DNA of 64,000 nucleotides, from assembly GCA_035221665.1 (NCBI GenBank), contig CM069141.1, positions 48,050,001 through 48,114,000 on the forward strand, given 5' to 3'. A program made the position numbers and the translations under genes. Shown in pieces: positions 1 to 10,681 of the stretch. Position 1 is the stretch's first letter. Each line of letters begins with the position of its first letter. The notes beneath the pieces are model-generated. The model was not told the DNA's origin. It was given only the letters and a program-made list of their open reading frames with translations, and searched no databases. The DNA is from Okamejei kenojei (Eukaryota).

Positions 1-774
1 CCTTTACCTGAACATGGCTCCACAGCAACAGAAACGATATCCCGCTCTGCAGAACCAGGATACTTGGTTTTAAAGATTTCGGCCATCGATGCGGACGCAG
101 GACAGAATGCCCATCTCTCCTATCAGATTTTGCAAGCTACCAGCCCTAATCTTTTTACTATTTCAACACACACTGGTGAAATTTGGACTATCCGATCAAT
201 TGCAAGAACAGATGCATCGAAACAAAGGCTGAATATTGTCATAACTGACAACGGAATTCCATCACTCTCAGCCAGCCTGGCGCTATTATTGAATGTAGTA
301 GACAGTCATAGTGAAACGTTCTCCAGTGTCACCAGCTTGTCTCACTATACTGGGCTCACTCCTGATTTGACCCTTTCCTTAGTAATCGCCTTGGGGATAA
401 TCTCTGCAATTTTCCTGATGATTTTAATAATCCTTGCTTCCATACTTCACAAGGATAGGAGCGGATTGAGAGAACAACATTGTTTCCCTGGTGTCTGCTG
501 CTGTTTGGAAACGAGACATTCTTTGAATGGAATTAAGAAGGCCAGCAGAAGCCTTCAGATACCACCGAACTATGTTGAGGTATTTGGCGGCGATCCGCTT
601 TCCCAGAGTTTCCGATACGAATCATGTTCAACATTGCAGTCGACGAAGAGACACTTCATCACGGCGAACACCTCCAAGTCATCCTCCGGTAACAATCGGG
701 CCCAGAATGGGCACATTGGGAATGCAAACACAAAAGTAATCAATACTGATAATTACAGTAACGATGTAACCGAG
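1..774 (+). CDS. Clustered protocadherin variable exon V1, 3' part only (EC6, TM, variable cytoplasmic segment); begins before the window
   Basis: Frame open from the window edge: PLPEHGSTATETISRSAEPGYLVLKISAIDADAGQNA..., TM LVIALGIISAIFLMILIILA, shared cytoplasmic motif QIPPNYVEVFGGDPLSQSFRYESCSTLQS. Phase-0 donor GAG|GTGAGG at 774/775; read-through stop at 789. Confidence 0.93.
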
Positions 775-819
775 GTGAGGGCTTTCTAAACAAAGGGTGG
801 ACACTAAAACTAAAAAAAA

Positions 820-1045
820 GACAGGAAATGCTGGAGATAGTGAACTCGGCAAGCTGATTTATGGGGACAGAAAGACAATTAACGTTTCTGGTAAATGTGT
901 TCCTTTGGGATTAACGTAAATGGAATACCACATCCCATTGATCGACCCGAAACTTTTAGTTTCTCTTCCCATAGATGTTGCTAACCTAACGAGTATTCCC
1001 AGCATTGCCTGTTTCTATTTTAAATTTGATGCATCTGCAGTTGCG
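820..1045. repeat. Degenerate inverted pair of the short hammerhead-core repeat family
   Basis: Left arm aaatgctggaga...aacgtttctgg and right arm cgacccgaaac...agatgttgct...cccagcatt resemble the element at 7119-7211 in opposite orientations. Confidence 0.45.
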
Positions 1046-1685
1046 TTTTTTTCTTCCAAAAGGGAAACACTTATTGTTGTCGAGTGAGCGGCGCCTTAAC
1101 ATATATATTGTGGAAATACCGAGTTTCAGTTCCCTGGAAGTTTCTGTTCATGCGTAATGTTTTATACTAATCTCTGGGGGAGCATGTTGCTTCTTCTGTA
1201 CACATTAACAAGTGGTCGCATGACATCAACGAAATGTTGATAGTGGCAGCTGAAGCTGTTGCCTGATGCAGACCCGTCACCCTCCCCCCGTGTGACTTGA
1301 TAGAGACGATTCTCGTCTCCAAATCACTTCGTTTAACTTCAAGTGTCGCTATTTGTAAAATTGCGGGCTACATGTGCTTTAGTACTGAGAATATTTAGCT
1401 CTGTAATTTGTAAATGTACAGGATAGATTTCTCCCGTGTCAAGGATAATATTTTGTCCCCCTTTCTGCAAACGGTTTCTGCAAACAGATCTCTTGTTCAT
1501 TATAGCACGGTTCTTTGCAGAGTCTGAGAGTTTTTCTCACCAAACTTCAAGAAGTAATTTCTTAGTTGCCGTATGCGTCCGAAAATGGTCCAGGATTATT
1601 TAATGGTCTTAGAATAGCCCAAGTTGTAAAATGCTCGCCAATCTTTACGCATTATTTTGTTTGGCTTCCTGATGATCCAAGGGCA

Positions 1686-3640
1686 AGGTCATAAGGAATA
1701 TGAGTAGAATTAAGCCATTCAGCCCATGAAGTCTACTCCGCCATTCAATCATGGCTGATATATCTCTCCCTCCCAACCCCACTCTCCTGCCTTTTCCCCA
1801 TAGTCTCCCTCACCTGTACTAATCAAGACTCTATCTATCTCTGCCTTAAAGATATCCACTGACGCCCTGCACAGCCTTTTGGGGCAAAGAATTCCACAGA
1901 TTCACCACCCTCTGACTGTAGAATTTTCTCCTCCTGTTCTTCTAAAAGAACGTTCTTTAATTCTGAGGCTATGACCTCTATGCGAAGACTCTCCCCCTGG
2001 TGGAAACATTTTCTCCACATCCACTCCATCCAAGCCTTTCACTATTCTGTATCTTTCAATGAGGTTCCCCCCTCATTCTTCTAAACTTCAGCGAGTACAG
2101 TCCCAGTGCCGACAAACGTGCGTCATGGGTTAACCCACTCATTCCTGGGAGCATTCTTGAAAATCTCCTCTGGACCCTCTCGAGAGCCAGGACACATTTC
2201 ATCAGATATGGTGCCCAAAATTGCTCACAATATTCCAAATGCGGCCTCACCAGCGCCTTATAGAGCCTCAAAATCAGGTCCCTGTTTTTGTATATAAGCC
2301 CTCTTGAAATAAATGGTAGCATTGACTGCTTTCTTTACTACCGATTCGACTTGTAGCTTAACATTTTGAGAATCCTGCATCAGCACTCCCAAGTCCTTTT
2401 GCACCTCCGATTTCTGGATTCTCACCCCATTTAGAAAATAATCTACGCTATTATTCCTACAACCAAAATGCATGATTCTACATTGCTCACTATATTCCAT
2501 CTGCCACTTCTCTGTCCACTCTCCCGACCTGTCCAAGTCCTTCTGCAGAATCCCCGCTTTCTGTACACTAACTGCCCCTCCACTCTAGCATCATCCGCAA
2601 ACTTTGCCACAAAGCCTTCAATCCTCTCGTCCTAATCATTGAAGAGTAGCGGGTCCAGCACGGACCCCTGCGGAACTCCACTAGTCACTGGAAGCCAAAA
2701 AAAAAGCCCCCTTTATTGCCACTCTTTGTCTTCTGCAATTCAGCCAACCTGCTATCCATGCTTGTATCTGCCCTTTGATACCGTGGGCTCTCATCTTCCT
2801 AAGCAGCCTAACGAGTGGCACCTAATCAAATGTTTTCTGAAAATCTAAGTAAACAACATCTACTCACTCTCCTTTGTCTGTCCTGCGATTTATTTCTTCA
2901 AAGACTTCCAGTAAATTTGTCAAGCAAGACACCCCCTTCACAAAGCCATGCTGACTTCGGCCTATTTTATCGTAAACTTCTAAGTACTCCGTAACCTCAT
3001 CCTTTATAATGGACTATAAAGTCTTACCAACCACCGAAGTCAGTCTAACCGGCCTATAGTTACCAATAATCTGCCTTGCTCCCTTTTTGCGCAGTGGGGT
3101 AATATTCGCCATCATCTGGGCCCACTCCTGACTCCAGTGATTCCTGAAATATCACTACCAATGTCTCTACAATCTCTAAAGCCACCTCTTTCAGAACCCT
3201 AGGGTTCAGGCCATCCGGCCCAGGTAACTCATGCCCGTTCAGCCCTTTGAACTTCCCAAGCACCTTCTCCCTAGTAATAAGCACTACACTAACTACCATG
3301 CCCTGATTCTTGAATTTCAGGCACGTTGCTGGTTTCTTCCAATAGACAATAGTTGCAGGAGTAGGCCAGCACCGTCATTCGAGTCAGCACCGCCATTCAA
3401 TGTGATCATGGCTGATCATCCCCAATCAGTACCCCGTTTCTGCCTTCTCCCCATATCCCCTGACTGTGAAGATTGATGCAAAAAAGTTATTCCATTCCTT
3501 TATTTCCCAATATCACTTCTCCTGCATCACTCTCCAGCGATCCAACAAGATTTTCGTAGCCTACCTGCACATTGACATCTCCCATGCCAACCGTAGCATT
3601 GCCTTTAATAATGGAAGTGCAAAGTGTTATCCTCGCAGTA
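1686..3640 (-). mobile_element. CR1-type LINE remnant (ORF2 endonuclease/RT fragments and 3' UTR), internally deleted, with another CR1 3' end nested at ~3340-3465
   Basis: Minus-strand peptides [43 protein letters not shown] and KGNATVGMGDVN are CR1 ORF2-like. The 3' UTR matches other CR1 copies in the window. Many stops and frameshifts. Confidence 0.88.
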
Positions 3641-4019
3641 AAATCAATTTCATATTCAGACCGTACGAATAGTCTCACAAAGGATCTTGCGCTAGTTGCC
3701 AACCGTTTTGCGCCTCAAATTAAGCAGTTTATCTCTATTCAATCATCAAATGTTGATGTAGTTGCCTTGGGCAAGATTTTCAATCCGTCGTAATTTCCCT
3801 CGAAAACAGGCTTGTGAGTTTCGGATAACGGCACATCACATTACCGTTCTGGGTACTCCTGGGGAAGTGTTTAGTCAATGATTATGAAAATATTGTGGAT
3901 TATTATCAGGTCAACTAACTAGGATGTGAGTAGATGGGATGTTTAGGGATGACGGTACTCTCGTATGCCTACTGCTCCCAACATTCTTACAGTAGAGACC
4001 GGGAAATGTAGTAGACGCT

Positions 4020-5225
4020 TTACGAAAAAGCCATTGAATCGTGAAGATCTCTCCTGTATGATATCATTACAACGTCCACTGGTGCTGAAAAGCCTTCACG
4101 CGCATTAAACAAAAAAAGCGTTCGAGTAAATGTTTCGGATAAGGAGCCACAGTTTACGCAGTCAGTAAGCATGATAACAGCCACTGATAACAATGTTAAT
4201 GAAGCATCTATATTCTCCTTGAATGCTTCTAATCCAGAAATATGACAGAATAGAAGAGATATATTTTTCATTCTGAAATTCTGGTGTCATCAATCTCCTC
4301 TCGCGTATCCATTCATTCTCATATTTGTGTCATTATTTCCCTTTACCTTTTCATTCGGAACAACTGGGAGGGGGTGAGGGGGTGGAGTCGGATTCTTCTT
4401 CAGCTGCAGGAATCCCGAATCCTACGACACTCCATCAACGAGCAAAACGCAAAGAGCTGGAGGAGGTCAGGTAGCATCGGTTGAATGAATGTCCCATCCT
4501 GACACTTCTTCAGACTGAACAAGAGTCGCTAGCGATATGTCTTCTGTCCATTCCCTCCACAGGTGTTGTCTGACCCTCTGGATTCCTCTAACACTTTGTT
4601 TTTATTTCAAGGTCCCAGTATCTGCATTTACTTGCGACTCCATTTCACTGCCGTCACTGTGATATAGAGAAAATGGTTGCCTCGATGCAGAGTTTGAAAA
4701 TAATTGTAAAAGATAACAGATTCCCTTCCCTTCCTTCCATTATCATGTATTATATATGACGGGGATGAATGTAAAATATTCTCCAGTGATACAAGTTATC
4801 TTCTCTGATTGTCCTCGTTTCACCCCTGAGTTGACCTCTTCCTTCGTGGACTTGGAGACCGCATCTAAAAAATGTATTTAAATTTTAATTTCCTCAGTGT
4901 TACGATTCAGAAAAATAGGAAAATTAGGAGAAGATAGCAATGTCCCCCGCTGTTGGTTTGATAGCTGGCATTCGTTCAGATAAATTCGAAATGCCAGCGG
5001 ACGCTTTTAGATAACTCGGGACGACGATCAGGTATTGGGAGTTGCTCCCCTTTCTGCGAGATTTCGCTGTCGGTTATGTTCAACGCTGCAGTCGACGAGG
5101 ACACGATGCCGTGTTCCAAAGTTTGCAGATACTCCGCAGGCATGAATATAGTCTCGAACGAGCGTATCCGAAAGGTAAACGACCGACATGATGAATTCTA
5201 TGACATGCCGTTCCGAATTGAGCAC
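4020..5225 (+). pseudogene. Heavily decayed protocadherin variable exon ('ghost' G1): EC4-EC5, EC6, TM-proximal and cytoplasmic remnants
   Basis: Manual translation: ~4057 YDIITTSTGAEKPS...SVRVNVSDKEPQFTQSV...DNNVNEASIFSLNASNPEI*QN; ~4695 LKIIVKDNRFPSL; ~4813 PRFTPELTSS; ~4951 CWFDSWHSFR*IRNASGRF*ITRDDDQVLGVAPLSARFRCRLCSTLQST. These are colinear with the intact paralogs. Confidence 0.85.
4440..4640. repeat. Degenerate inverted-pair short repeat (hammerhead-core family) inserted in ghost exon G1
   Basis: cttcttcagactgaacaagagtc centre; ccattccctccacaggtgttgtctgacc resembles 7151-7185. Confidence 0.55.
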
Positions 5226-6157
5226 TGTAGAGAAGCTATCATAAGTAAGGAGAAGTTCGTATTGGGCTTGAATTTAGATCGAACTGTTTTAGGGAATCGA
5301 AAATGGCTTGGTTTCGAATTGGGAGCTATTTCTGAACATGCGTTATAATCTTGCCATTCAATTTGTAATAATCTGGTATATGAACCAGGGCAGATTTCAA
5401 CCACCTTTCTTTATGAAGCGTGCGCAAAAAAAAAATCTACAATGACACATTGGAGAAACCTATTGTTCAAACGGCTGTACTCCTTCAGGTCGTATGGGTG
5501 GACGGAGAACGCGCGCGTATTTATTAGTTTGCAGAGAGCAATGGTTTATTGTCCAAGAGAGTGAAGCGGGTGGCACGGTGGCGCAACGGTAGTATTCAGT
5601 AGCCTGACGGTTGTTTGCAGAAGCTGTTTCTGAACCTGTTCAGTACAGTTTTCAGACTGCTATAACTTCTTCCCGATGGCAGGAGTGAAATGAGAGTGGG
5701 CCAGGGTGGAGCAGGTTCTTGATGATGCTGGCTACCTTACTGAGGCAGTGCCTCCTATAGATCTCCTAAATTAAAAATAAATCTACCGTCAGATCATTAT
5801 TGCACTGCTGGTAGGTGCTAGTGGTACGCAATTTCGCTGCAGCATTTCCTTAATTTGCAACACAATGATATTCCCGAAGTATTTTCTCATCTGAAAATGC
5901 TTCGGGTACTCCCGATACTGACGCGAAACGCGCCACGAAATACTATCTGTATTTTCTTCATAGTAATGTGTTTGATGTCTGTGATAGGTTAATATGATTG
6001 AGCTCCATGGTTTAACCCTTTTATATTTTGGAAAGAGCTTTGTGCGCACACCTAACCTCCAAACAAAAGCGACCAGCAGAATTAATTCTCGTTCATTTGG
6101 TTATCTGCTGGATGTTCATTTATCACCTTTATTCACTGTTGAGTTGTTTCAATAATG

Positions 6158-6541
6158 TTCATAAGTTCTAGGAGCAGAGTGAGGTCATTTGGCCCATATG
6201 GTCTACTCCGCCATTCAATCATGGTTGATCGATCTTACCCTCTCAACCCCATTCTCCCTATAACCATTGACATCCATACCAATAAAGAACCTGTCAATCT
6301 CCACCTTAAAATATCAGTTGACCTGGCCTCCACAGCCTACTGTGGCAATGAATTTCGCAGAATCACCACCCTTTGACAAAAGCAATTCCACCTCATCTTC
6401 TTTCTAAAGGTACGTCCTTATATTCTGAGGCTATGGCTTCTGGTCCTGGACTCTCCCACTAGTGGAAACATCCTCACCACATCCACTCTGTCCAGGCCTT
6501 TCATTATTCGTCCACTCTATCCAGGCCTTTCGCTATTCGGT
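6158..6541 (-). mobile_element. CR1 LINE 3' end fragment
   Basis: Aligns by eye to 1690-2045 (ccgccattcaatcatgg...ctgaggctatg...tggaaaca). Ends in a ~29-bp tandem duplication at 6482-6540. Confidence 0.85.
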
Positions 6542-7118
6542 GAAACGATTTCACTATTTCTATCCCTATTTGCAAGGCATCTCAAACTGAAATGTTTTCT
6601 CATCGGAAACATGTCGCTGAATGTATTGTTTATCCTTAATTGCTCTTGAGATGCCATTAATGAACCACATTCTTAAATTACTGTTATCAATATGATGGCC
6701 AGTACCGTCATGTATTTGTTTTAGGATTTTAACAGTGATTATTGTAATGGTTATTTCAAGTCATAATATTTTGTCTGGAAGAATTTTGGACATTACTACC
6801 CACGTTTTGTATTCATTGCCATGGTTCGCTTCGATTTTTGATACAGAGATTTCGAAGATGTTAAAGCAGTCATATAGAGTCGTTGCAATACATTATGGGA
6901 GAAAGGATGAATATTTTAGACTTTTGATAAAATCCTTCAAAAGTCGAAGGCATCATCTTGGAGGTTGCCATATTTTTTTAACGCCATGAAGTTGCATTTT
7001 AAGCAGATGGATATTACTCCATCACTATAACGAGCAGTAATGTGTTGGATTGGAAAAGCTAATGACGAATCTATGCCTGATACAAGTCCACATTGTGGCA
7101 AATCATTCCAAGTTTTAA

Positions 7119-7211
7119 GTCTGAAGAAGAGTCTCGACCCGAAACGTTAGCCATTCCTTCGCTCCACAGATGCTGCCTCACCCGCTGAGTTTACCCTGCT
7201 TTTTGCCCACC
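7119..7211 (+). mobile_element. 93-bp short retroposon with a minimal hammerhead-ribozyme core, flanked by a 13-bp TSD
   Basis: CTGAAGA-A-GAGTC-TC-GACCC-GAAAC at 7121-7145. Direct repeat TTCCAAGTTTTAA at 7106-7118 and 7212-7224. Confidence 0.75.
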
Positions 7212-7237
7212 TTCCAAGTTTTAACAGGAACGTTCTG

Positions 7238-7527
7238 TTAAGTTTAGTTTAGTTTAGAGATACAGCGCGGAGACAGGCCCTTTCGGGCCACCGGGTCCGC
7301 GCCGACCAGCGATCCCCGAACATTAACACTATCCTCTACCCACTAGGGACAACTTCATATTTACCAAGCCAATTAGAAGGAAACCGAAGATCTCGGAGAA
7401 AACCCTCGCAGGTCACGGGGAGAACGTGCTAACTCGTACAGATAGCACCCGTAGTCGGGATCGAACCCGGGTGTCCGGCGCCGTATTCGCTGTAAGCAAC
7501 TCTACCGCTGCGCCGCCGTACCGCCCC
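7238..7527 (-). mobile_element. tRNA-derived V-SINE (HE1-like)
   Basis: Reverse complement gives an A box (GGCGCAGCGGTAGAG), a B box (GGTTCGATCCC), a central V-like domain and a (CTAAA)n tail. Homologous to 18019-18310. Confidence 0.85.
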
Positions 7528-8520
7528 AAAGTTCTTGATCAAAAAATGAATGCGATTTTAGTCACGTGGCATGATTAAAAGCAAACGTAGAATGGATAAC
7601 ATTATATTGTTGGTGCTAGTGAATACCCAATTGCTTCAAACCTTCGTTGGCATTTCTCACACTGGAAAGCAATGCGGGCCTGGGGGTGTTCACGTGATAA
7701 TTATTGTCGCAGTGGGATGTTATGTTTGTGTGGGCAAATATCCACATTTATATCCTTATGATAAAACTTTGATGAGATATGTTAATAGGAGTTGCCAGGG
7801 CTGGCATGGGATCTGAGTACTCACTAATTTTGAAAGGAATAGCAGTTGGGCACAGAATCAAAACTAATGGGTTAATGTTACTTCTTCGATATTAGTTTTT
7901 ATTGCTGTCCCGGCTGTTTGCAGACAGTTTCTCACTTTTTGAAGATTTAATTTGAAATCCATACATCTTTTCAGTTGCTTTTCATGCTGCCCGGTGCCAG
8001 GAGCATTTAAAAGATTTTAACGATTCTTGCAACATTCAGACCTGAGAAAGGTGGGAGTAAGGCGTTTGACATCATTCAAAGGTTTCATTTGGGTTTCTTG
8101 ACGGGGAGCGTCCGAAAACTATTAATAAAACCTGTTGGTATCTGGACCCACAAAATACAGACATGGAGACCACTACTGGCATATTCGAGTTTCGGGCTTG
8201 ACCAACCTTGTTTGAATAATTTCAGGATGTACTCGCCAAAATAGTTCAGATTGGACTTGCCTTCGTTTCCCAACGCACTTGTTGTAGCTGATGGGATCCA
8301 AAATATAAAATGATACATGTTCTCACTAACTTCCATGTAACCTTCAGTTCTGTGTATGTAAGTAACCATTAAAGATGATTTAAACGTGAGAACACACTCA
8401 CTTGATTTCAACGCAAGCCAATGATATCTGCGGCAAACATTGCAGCTGGACAGGGAAGATATGGCCGTAAAGTAACAGAAACAAGCAACTAAGCACCATT
8501 TTGTGCGATCTCGTCCACGA

Positions 8521-8836
8521 AACGGCACGGTTGCGCAGCGGTAGATTTTCTGCCTTACAGCGCCAGAGATCCAGGTTCGATCCTGACTTAGTGTGCTGAG
8601 CTGTCTGTACGAAGTTTGTGCATTCTCCCTATAACCGCGTGGGTTTGTACATTCTCCCTGGATTCCCCCCACATTCTAAAGACGCACAGGTTTCTAGGTT
8701 AATTGGCTCTTTTAAAATTAGCTTTTAAAATTGTAAAAACAAATCCCCAGTGTTCATGGTGTAGGGTGATCGCTGCTCGGCGCGGACTCGATGGGCCGAA
8801 GAGCCTGTTGCGCTGTATCTCTAAAATCGAAAGTCC
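8521..8836 (+). mobile_element. tRNA-derived V-SINE (HE1-like)
   Basis: ggcacggttgcgcagcggtag...ggttcgatcctgact head; cccacattctaaagacgcacaggt...ggttaattggc core; ctgtatctctaaa end. Confidence 0.85.
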
Positions 8837-9320
8837 AAAGCCACTGACAGAGGCAGAAGTAAACATGGTGATCTTTGTGGTGGTGATTGTCTATCATAAC
8901 CTGAAATGATATACAGTCGAAATTAATAGTTTAGCAATAATGGAAGTTACAGTAGTAATTCGAGAACAATACAAACATCCAAGTCATTAGCGGAGACATG
9001 ATATTATACAAATTAATAATATGCATTGAAATGTGAAAGTTTGTGACAACTTATTTAAATCAAAGTGCCGAAGAGGCTTTCCCTTTCCGCGGATACTGCG
9101 CAGATAACTAATTCCAGAATGTCGTGCTTTTATTTCATAATTTTAGTATCAAGTTTTTATAATAGTTTATTAAATTAATGGTAAAACGCCAACATGAAGC
9201 TCAGTTCGAAAATTAAGTTAATCTCAATAAAACCGTTCTTTGATGCATCGTGTGTCATGAACGCATAACGTGCTTTCAGAAAGGAATAATCATTGGAGTA
9301 CGAAAAATCGATTTACTTTG

Positions 9321-10117
9321 AATATAGACACAAAATGCTGGAGTAACTCAGCGGGTCAATGGACAATGGACAATAGACAATATACAATAGGTGCAGGGGT
9401 AGGCCATTCGGCCCTTCGAGCCAGCACCGCCATTGAATGTGATCATGGCTGATCATCCCCAATCAGTACCCCGTTCCTGCCTTCTCCCCATATCCCCTAA
9501 CTCTGCTATTTTTAAGAGCCCTATCTGGCTCTCTCTTGAAAGTATCCAGAGAACCTGCCGCCAGAGAATTCCACAGACTCACCACTCTCTGTGAGAAAAA
9601 GTGTTTCCTCGTCTCCGTTCTAAATGGCTTACGCCTTATTCTTAAACTGTGGCCCCCTAGTTCTGGTCTCCCCCAATATCGGGAACATGTTTCCTGCCTC
9701 TAGTGTGTCCAAGCCCTTAACAATCTTATATGTTTCAATGAAATTCCCTCTCATCCTTCTAAACTCCTGAGTGTACAAGCCCAGCTGCTCCATTCTCTCA
9801 GCTTATGACAGTCCCGCCATTCCGGGAATTAACCGTGCAAACCTATGCTGCACTCCCTCAATAGCAAGAAGGTCCTTCCTTAAATTAGGGGACCAAAACC
9901 GCTCACAATACTCCAGGTGTAGTCTCACTACGGCTCTGTATAACTGCAGAAGGGCCTATTTGCTCCTTTTTTCGATTCCTCTTGTTATAAAGGCCAACAT
10001 GCCATTCGCTTTCTTCACTGCCTGCTTGTACCTGCATGCAGCATCGTGCATGCAGGCTCAGGCAGCATCTCTGAAGAAAAAGAATAGGTGACGTTTCAGC
10101 TCGAGACCCTTCATCAG
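9321..10117 (-). mobile_element. Hammerhead-core short retroposon split by a nested CR1 3' fragment (~9359-10056)
   Basis: Halves tagacacaaaatgctggagtaactcagcgggtca (9325-9358) and ggcagcatctctgaagaaaaagaataggtgacgtttcagctcgagacccttcatcag (10061-10117) rejoin into one element. The minus strand reads CTGATGA-A-GGGTC-TC-GAGCT-GAAAC. TSD ATTTACTTTG at 9311-9320 and 10118-10127. Confidence 0.75.
9359..10030 (-). mobile_element. CR1 LINE 3' fragment with (GACAAT)-type tail
   Basis: The reverse strand encodes the ORF2 C-terminus (LYRAVVRLHLEYCERFWSP). The 3' UTR is shared with 31003-31545. Confidence 0.88.
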
Positions 10118-10330
10118 ATTTACTTTGTCGAGCTCAATGTGGCGCTGTCTTTTTCTGTTTATTTTCTCGTCATCAATAGTTTCTTCACACTTCGTCTTTA
10201 ACATATTAGTTTAACTGGTTTCCAAGACCTCAAATCGACCGACTACTAATCAGAGAACAAAAAAACATCCGCAATGCTGAAATACATTTAAACTGTTGAG
10301 CAGTAAATATATGTTCTTCGAGTAGTTCTT

Positions 10331-10681
10331 TCTTTAAGAAACGTACAAAGCTCTCATTGGTCGAATATCAGGAGTTTCTGCACCAATCGGGAGCTGTGGT
10401 TTGGATTAGTGATCTGGACAGCCCCCTTCCCGACACGGCCGCCATCTCGTAAGATCAGACACAATGAACACCCGATAGCGAGCAGCTCCGCTGGATTTTT
10501 ACAGGAATACTCCAGCAACTGGGGACAAAATGCGAGTGTTGGAATGAAATAAATCGAGAGATTCGCAAAAGGTACGAGTATATTCTGCATCCAGTGGTTC
10601 TTGTTAATACGAAATTAATGTTAAAGGAACAATGGAAAAATCACTCTGCGACTGAAACCATTGGAATGACTTCAACCGGCA
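10331..10681 (+). promoter_or_regulatory. Conserved variable-exon promoter cassette for V2
   Basis: CTTTAAGAAA (10332), ATTGG (10356), CCAAT (10383), GTGATCTGGACAGCCCCC (10409), GCCGCCATC (10438). Same order and spacing upstream of all eight exons with a 5' end in the window. Confidence 0.75.

Noticed and set aside
8085-8672. 195-aa minus-strand ORF
   Set aside because: It starts in a SINE and has no recognisable domain; likely a chance ORF.
10128-10150. CTCF/CSE-like CTCAATGTGGCGCTGT upstream of V2 (also CAATGAGGGGCAGCA at ~26757)
   Set aside because: Partial matches that are not conserved at equivalent positions in the other promoters; they cannot be called without motif scoring or ChIP.
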